Below are positions 58,565 to 64,000 of a stretch of 64,000 nt of DNA, one piece after another; the stretch's first letter is position 1, and each line of letters begins with the position of its first letter. The notes under the pieces are model-generated. The model had not been told where the DNA came from and did no database searches. It saw only the letters and a program-made list of their open reading frames with translations. Made by a program: the position numbers and the translations under genes. The DNA is from an uncultured Spirochaetota bacterium (GTDB taxonomy: Bacteria > Spirochaetota > Spirochaetia > SZUA-6 > Fen-1364): assembly GCA_963734545.1 (NCBI GenBank), contig CAVTHO010000005.1, positions 64,001-128,000 of the forward strand, written 5' to 3'.

Positions 58565-59911
58565 ATGAGATACTGCCTGCTGCATCTGGGGTGCCAGATG
58601 AACCAGTCCGACGCGGAACGCGTCCGCACCGTCATCGAGGCGCTGGGCTACGAGCGCACGGAGTCTGAAGAGGAAGCCGATCTCCTGGGCATCGTCGCGT
58701 GCTCGGTGCGCCAGAAAGCCATCGACAAGGTGTACGCGCGGATCCATACGTGGAACTCCTGGAAGAACAGGCGAAACCTGCTCACGTTCGTCACCGGCTG
58801 CGTCCTCCCGGCGGACAAGGAGGCGTTCCTCAAGCTCTTCGACCTTCTCTTCGACATCACCGAGCTTCCCCAGCTCCCTGACATGATCAGGCAATACGGG
58901 GTGGTGACCCCCGTGGGGACGATCGACGTCATCCCCCGGGAGAGCCTCGTCGATCCTTCCGTGGGCTATTGGGGAATTCGGCCCCGCTACACGTCACCCT
59001 TCGAAGCCTACGTGCCGATCCAGAACGGCTGTGACAAGTACTGCACTTTCTGCGCGGTTCCCTATACCCGGGGCCGGGAGGTTTCCCGGCCCTCGGGGGA
59101 GATCCTCCACGAGGTGGCCGGGCTGGTGGAACGCGGATACAGGTCGATCACCCTCCTGGGCCAGAACGTAAACTCCTACGGTCAGGATCGGGCCGGCGCC
59201 GAGATCTCATTTGCGGACCTGCTGCGCGGAGTCGGCGACCTGGGAAGAGATTCCGGGGCTGACTTCTGGCTGTACTTCACCTCCCCGCACCCCCGGGACA
59301 TGAGCCAGGAGGTCGTCCAGGTCATTGCAGAGTGCCCCTGCCTTGCCAAGCAGATCCATCTCCCCCTTCAGTCCGGCGATGACAAGATCCTCATCAGGAT
59401 GAATCGCAACTACATGGTCGACCAGTATCGGGAAAGGGTCGCCACGATCCGCGCCCTGCTGCCGGAGGCCACGCTCTTCACGGACATCATAGTAGGCTTC
59501 AGCGGGGAGACCGAGGAACAGTTCGAGAACACCCGCGCGGCCATGCGGGAGTTCCAGTACAACATGGCCTATGTGGCGATGTACTCGCCGCGGCCCGGCG
59601 CGGCGAGCTGGCACTGGCCCGATGATGTTCCCCGCGAGGAGAAGAACAGGAGACTGCACGAGCTGAGCGACGAGCTGGCGAAGAGCTCCTCGGCGTACAA
59701 CAGACGCATGATCGGCGGCACGTATCGGGTCCTCGTGGAGGGCCCTGACCGCAAGCACGGGTATCTCTCCGCAAAGACCGAGGGCCGGATCACGGTGCGC
59801 TTCCCGTCCGAGGACCGCACGCTCGTCGGACGGTTTGTCAGCGTCACGATAACTTCAGCCGCGGCCCTTTCCGTGCAGGGCGAGCTCGCCGCCGTCCCGA
59901 TAGCCCGCTGA
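58565..59911 (+). CDS. miaB: Radical SAM methylthiotransferase (MiaB-type)
   Basis: GCQMNQSD, CSVR, GCDKYCTFC, LLGQNVNSY, FTSPHP, HLPLQSG and a TRAM tail. Confidence 0.88.
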   Translation: MRYCLLHLGCQMNQSDAERVRTVIEALGYERTESEEEADLLGIVACSVRQKAIDKVYARIHTWNSWKNRRNLLTFVTGCVLPADKEAFLKLFDLLFDITELPQLPDMIRQYGVVTPVGTIDVIPRESLVDPSVGYWGIRPRYTSPFEAYVPIQNGCDKYCTFCAVPYTRGREVSRPSGEILHEVAGLVERGYRSITLLGQNVNSYGQDRAGAEISFADLLRGVGDLGRDSGADFWLYFTSPHPRDMSQEVVQVIAECPCLAKQIHLPLQSGDDKILIRMNRNYMVDQYRERVATIRALLPEATLFTDIIVGFSGETEEQFENTRAAMREFQYNMAYVAMYSPRPGAASWHWPDDVPREEKNRRLHELSDELAKSSSAYNRRMIGGTYRVLVEGPDRKHGYLSAKTEGRITVRFPSEDRTLVGRFVSVTITSAAALSVQGELAAVPIAR

Positions 59912-59996
59912 AAAGCGCGCCCGCGCCCGCGCTCGATTGCCATGCGTCGCCGCGCTTGATACATTTCAGGGGGGCATACCCCGAGGAGGCTGCAGA

Positions 59997-60410
59997 ATGG
60001 CCAGAACCAGACCGTCTTTCGACGCGACCCTGCTCATGCAGATCGCCGTTGCGCTTTTCCTGATCACTCTCGGTATCATCGGCATCGTGTACTACAACTC
60101 CCGGTTCAGCGAATGGGGCAGATCGATCGACCGGTTCTTCGGGAGCCCCAGCAATCCCATCAACATCATCGTTGCCATTGCGGAACTGGTCGCCGGCATC
60201 ATCATCGCCCTCGCCTTGTTCTCGCCGGTTACCGGCAGGGCGGCGTGGATCGCGAGCCTGGTCATGGTGATCGTGTGGATCGTGAAGATCCTCTGGATCT
60301 ATTTTCTCAACAGTATCTTCGATCCGACCTTCATCATCTGGCTGAACGGACTCGCCGTCGCGCTGATCGTGCTCATCGGTCTCTGGGTGGTGAACCGCAA
60401 GTACGCCTGA
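59997..60410 (+). CDS. Hypothetical 4-TM membrane protein
   Basis: GAGGAGG RBS, four hydrophobic segments, GC3-biased codons. Confidence 0.75.
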   Translation: MARTRPSFDATLLMQIAVALFLITLGIIGIVYYNSRFSEWGRSIDRFFGSPSNPINIIVAIAELVAGIIIALALFSPVTGRAAWIASLVMVIVWIVKILWIYFLNSIFDPTFIIWLNGLAVALIVLIGLWVVNRKYA

Positions 60411-60422
60411 GCTTCCGCTCCT

Positions 60423-61176
60423 TCAGTCCTGGCGCACCCACCGATCGCGGAACCGGACGAGGCGGTCCACCTGGTCGGTCACAATCATGCGCGCCGCATG
60501 GACCACGCGGGCGGCCTGCTCATCCGTGTTCACGGTCCAGAAGAGAAGCGAAAAACCCATGACCCGGAGCAGACCCAGCAGAAGAGAGGCGCGGCCCGCG
60601 CCAAGCCTTTCCACGAGCTGAATGGGAAGGTTGAGGTACTGCGGCCGCAGCCGAAGGAGAGCGCACACCACGGCGCCGGCGCCCCTGTCAAATGTCTCTT
60701 CGCCCAGAAGGAATCCCACCGTGAACCCGCGTCGCCTGAAGGGCAGGAGCAATTGCGGATCGAACGAGGACACCATGAGATTCCCCCTCTGGATCCGCGC
60801 ATCCAGAATATCTGCCAGGGGATCGCAATCATTGGAGGTGAGGGTTTCCGCTTTCAGCTCCAGGTCGAGGTAGCTGCCCGGAAGGGATGGCTTCCAGAAG
60901 CTCGGAGAGCTCAGGGACTCTCTCGCCGTTTCCGAAATCGAGGCGCCGCAAATCCTCAAAGGGCGTTCTTGCGATCTCTCTTCTGACGCCGGTCACCCGG
61001 TCGGTTGTGGGGTCGTGAATGACGACATAACGGCCGTCAGCCGTCTTCTGAATATCGCACTCCACGCCGTCGGCCCCGCCGGCCCAAGCCTTGTGGAAAG
61101 CGAGCAGAGTGTTCTCGGGATACAGGGCGCGGAAGCCCCGATGGCCGAGCACGAGCGGCCTTCTCCGAATCCGCAT
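60423..61176 (-). CDS. Glycerophosphodiester phosphodiesterase (frameshift near 60890)
   Basis: GHRG...PENTL.AF...VECDI, IHD; then LELK, SSFD, WTVN and VTD. Confidence 0.88.
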
Positions 61177-61283
61177 GCCAATGCATTAAGGAAGTGCCCG
61201 ACATATGTCAACTGGCGCTGCATTCCGCCGGGTACGTCGGCGCGCACGGCATGCGCGTGCGTCCTAGCGTCGCGGCAAGGCGC

Positions 61284-61565
61284 TTAGTTCCCGCACGCCT
61301 CGTCCGTTGCCGTCAGGTAGCCGCTTCCCCCGCAGAGAGTGCACGAGCGCCACGCGTGCCCCCTCCAGTCCCACGAGGACCCGAGGGTGCGGCACTTGGG
61401 ACATTCGTAGAGACCGATCTCTTCTTCGTGCACGTGTCGTCGGAAGCATCGAAGATGATAGAATCTTCCCTCGTCCACGCGTACCACGTCGTGCGAGATT
61501 TCCTCCGCGCAGATCTCGCACGCAACCGTCTTCCTCACTCCCGCAGGAACGATATTCGTTGACAT
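61284..61565 (-). CDS. Small Cys/His-rich protein with two putative zinc fingers
   Basis: GGAGG RBS; CEIC...HLRC and CPKC...CTLCGGSG. Confidence 0.7.
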   Translation of the reverse strand: MSTNIVPAGVRKTVACEICAEEISHDVVRVDEGRFYHLRCFRRHVHEEEIGLYECPKCRTLGSSWDWRGHAWRSCTLCGGSGYLTATDEACGN

Positions 61566-61621
61566 CGCTTTCCTCCGAAGAGAACATGGCGGGGCGGTGT
61601 TAAGATCGATTTAAGGCTGAG

Positions 61622-62253
61622 TTAATTCCGGGGTGCGCGGGCGCCGGCACCGGGCCGTGCGCGGGCGCGCGTGGAAACGCGCGCCTGGACTTCCTTCCAC
61701 CGGAAGCAGCTCTCCAGGTGATCGTTCACCACGCCCACTGCCTGCAGATGCGAGTAGATGATTGTCGAGCCGACAAAGGAAAAGCCGCGCGCCTTCAGGT
61801 CTTTCGAGATCGCGTCGGAAAGCTCGGTGCGCGGGGGCACCTCTGACTGCTTTTTCCAGCGGTTCACGACGGGTTTCCCCCCGTCCATCGCCAGAGGTAG
61901 GCATCGAAGCTGCCGAACTCTTTCTGTACCTCGAGGAAGCGCTTTGCATTGTTGATCGAGGATGAGATTTTCAGCCCGTTGCGCACGATGCCCGGATCGC
62001 CGAGCAGCCGCTCGACGTCTCGCGCGGAAAACCGGGCAACGCGCAAAGGATCGAAACCGCGGTAGGCCTTCCGATAGGCTTCCCGCTTCTTCAGCACGGT
62101 GAGCCAGCTCAGCCCCGCCTGCGCCGCCTCCAGGACGAGGAACTCGAAGTGGCGCACGTCGTCGTGACAGGGAGCCCCCCATTCCCCGTCATGATAGGGG
62201 GTCAGAAACTCGTTGTCGGCGCCCCACGGGCAGCGCGTCTTTTCCCTCTTCAT
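61622..62253 (-). CDS. tag: DNA-3-methyladenine glycosylase I (frameshift near 61895)
   Basis: RCPW, YHDGEWG, QAGLSW, IVRNGLKI; then FVGSTIIY...GVVNDHL..C. Confidence 0.92.
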
Positions 62254-63100
62254 CCCTGCATCCCTTCCTTTGTCCGCGAGGTGAACCAGTCAATCGAGCC
62301 GGCGCGCAACCGTGATGGGGTCAGGCAGGCTGGGAAGCGCGTTCGCGGCATACCATCCGGCATCCAGGAGCTCGGATTCGTCGATCCTGATTTCTCCGCC
62401 CGCGTACTCCGCGGTGAAGGCGACCATGAGTGAATGGGGGAACGGCCACGGCTGGCTGGCGAAATAGCGGAGGTTCTTCACCTCGATACCGGTCTCTTCG
62501 CGCACCTCGCGCGCCACGCACTCCTCGAGGGTCTCCCCCGGTTCAACGTATCCGGCCAGCACGCTGTAGAAGCCGGGCGGAAACCTGCGGGCCCGTGCCA
62601 GCAGGAGCTTGTCTTCCTTCACGACCGCCACGATCACCGCGGGCGAGATTCGTGGATAGCTCAGGTGGCCGCACGACGGGCATTCCCGTGCGCGCTCTCC
62701 TTCCTTGAACGTCGTTGCCGCGCCGCACGTGCCGCAGAAGCGGTGGGTGCGGTCCCACTCCAGCACCTCCAGCGCGCGCGCTGCCACGGCGAAAAATCCA
62801 TCCGAGATCCGTCCGAAAAGAGATCGGATGCCTTCAAAGGTCCAGGCTTCGGGGGCGGGCACGTCGGTGGGGATCTCAACTGTCCTGCAGGGATTTCCGT
62901 CGGCCACTCCCAGGTAGTGCGCATGATCCACTTCGAGACCGAGGCTGGACAGGTCTTCGAGGAACGGCGAGCCGGCTGTTTCCCTCACCCGCGGAGATGA
63001 GAATCCTCCCGCCCTGAAAAATCAGCCAGTGTGAGGGGCCGGGAAGACGGGCCGGCTCCTGATTGCCAGGAGCGAACTCATCGAATGAGGGAACTATCAC
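62250..63100 (-). CDS. nudC: NAD(H) diphosphatase NudC (frameshifts near 62990 and 62295)
   Basis: FCGTCG, CPSC...YPRISPAVI, Nudix box GYVEPGETLEECVAREVREETG and SQPWPFP. Confidence 0.92.
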
Positions 63101-63339
63101 AGATTGGAAAATAGCAGGATAGCTTCTAAGTGAAAAGTGTATCAAAAATACCCACAATGGGCCATAATATTACGCCATGAGTCATAACACCACAGTTATT
63201 TGCCAAAACCCATGGGCCATTCGCTTGGCAGCCCCGGCATTAATTGTATACTCCATATGTATTTATATGAAATTGCCTACCTTGGCACGCATTCATGCTT
63301 AATGAGGGTGTGATTCATGAAACCAATAGGAGGTACGAT

Positions 63340-63767
63340 ATGAACCTGATCCGTTACAACCCCAGCTCGCTGGACCTTCTGGACAATGTTTCCAGCTGGT
63401 TCGACGACTTCTTCACGGAGCCCGACTGTTCGGCCGAACCGCGATCCCCGCGGTGGACGTGCGGGAGACCGACGCCGAGTACCTCATGGAGGTGGAGCTC
63501 CCCGGCCTGACCGAGAAGGACGTCGAGGTCAAGCTGGAGAACACGCTGCTCACCATCTCCTCCAGCAAGGACGAGAAGAAGGAAGAGAAGAAGAACGGCT
63601 ACGTCTTGCGCGAGCGCAGGTCGTCGCAGTTCAGCCGCAGCTTCGTTCTCCCCGAGGGCGTCGACCGGGAGAAGATCGCCGCGGAGTTCAAGAACGGCAT
63701 CCTGAACCTGACCTTCCCCAAGGTGCCGGCCGCGAAGCCGAAAACGATCGAAGTAAAGTCCAGCTAA
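63340..63767 (+). CDS. Hsp20/alpha-crystallin small heat-shock protein (frameshift near 63430)
   Basis: AGGAGG RBS; VDVRET...ELPG, RER...FSRSFVLP and AEFKNGIL. Confidence 0.92.
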
Positions 63768-63775
63768 AGGTCCGT

Positions 63776-63820
63776 TCGCAATACCGCGGCGCGCTATCCG
63801 CGAATACCGCGGCGCGCTAC
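63776..63820. repeat. 23-bp tandem REP-like hairpin
   Basis: AATACCGCGGCGCGCTA twice; CCGCG-AATAC-CGCGG stem. Confidence 0.75.
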
Positions 63821-63857
63821 AGCGGCCTTTCTTCTGCGGACCCCCTCTGGGGGCATG

Positions 63858-63883
63858 GGACCCCCCTTGCGGGGTCCTTTTTT
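63858..63883 (+). terminator. Intrinsic terminator after hsp20
   Basis: GGACCCC/GGGGTCC stem followed by TTTTTT. Confidence 0.7.
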
Positions 63884-64000
63884 ACTTCACAACGGCGCGG
63901 ATACTTCTCGTAGGTCCTGCTCCCACGTCTCCCGGTCGCGCGGCGTGAACTCGTGGATGGGGAAGGCGGAGCGGATCATGGCCTTGGCGTCGGACAGCTT
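63882..64000 (-). CDS. C-terminal fragment, possibly a rhamnulokinase-like FGGY kinase
   Basis: LSDAKAMIRSAFPIHEFTPRDRETWEQ resembles the RhaB C-terminus; only ~38 codons visible. Confidence 0.45.
   Translation of the reverse strand, partial: AVRRQGHDPLRLPHPRVHAARPGDVGAGPTRSIRAVVK

Noticed and set aside
62398-62416. CCGCGGAGTACGCGG hairpin-like match inside nudC
   Set aside because: It encodes the conserved NudC segment FTAEYAGG, so it is probably coincidental rather than a repeat insertion.

Overview
GC-rich (about 65% by eye) bacterial chromosome segment, most likely a free-living Spirochaetia-type genome. That assignment is an inference from 'FAGGxxE'-type solute-binding-protein leaders, an SthK-like cyclic-nucleotide-gated channel and TonB/BtuB. 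At least 14 otherwise intact genes carry 1-bp frameshifts, which looks like long-read assembly indel error rather than real pseudogenisation. Content in order: hisC, aminotransferase, uppP, EamA, citrate synthase, esterase, ECF sigma plus membrane partner, CDF transporter, pncA, pabABC; cobalamin riboswitch-btuB-tonB; a maltodextrin locus (GH57 amylopullulanase, ABC system, LacI with operator, malQ); C45 Ntn-hydrolase, tandem FMN-binding protein, MFS, CNG channel, GH16; a ~23 kb sugar/polyol catabolic island (2 SDRs, rpe, aldose epimerase, ribose-type ABC importer, 2 URO-D-like TIM barrels, 2 FGGY kinases, ulaE, araD-like, acetoin-dehydrogenase-like E1a/E1b/E2, three regulators); then coaX, ferritin-like protein, chrA, miaB, GDPD, tag, nudC, hsp20. 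No rRNA, tRNA, CRISPR or transposase was seen. Most notable: (i) a dispersed family of short REP-like hairpins (CCGCGG-AGTA-CCGCGG type) that also sits in-frame inside proteins; (ii) a frameshift-hidden histone-H1-like/collagen chimera; (iii) a shared promoter motif linking the TPP dehydrogenase genes to the L-pentulose kinase and epimerase genes.
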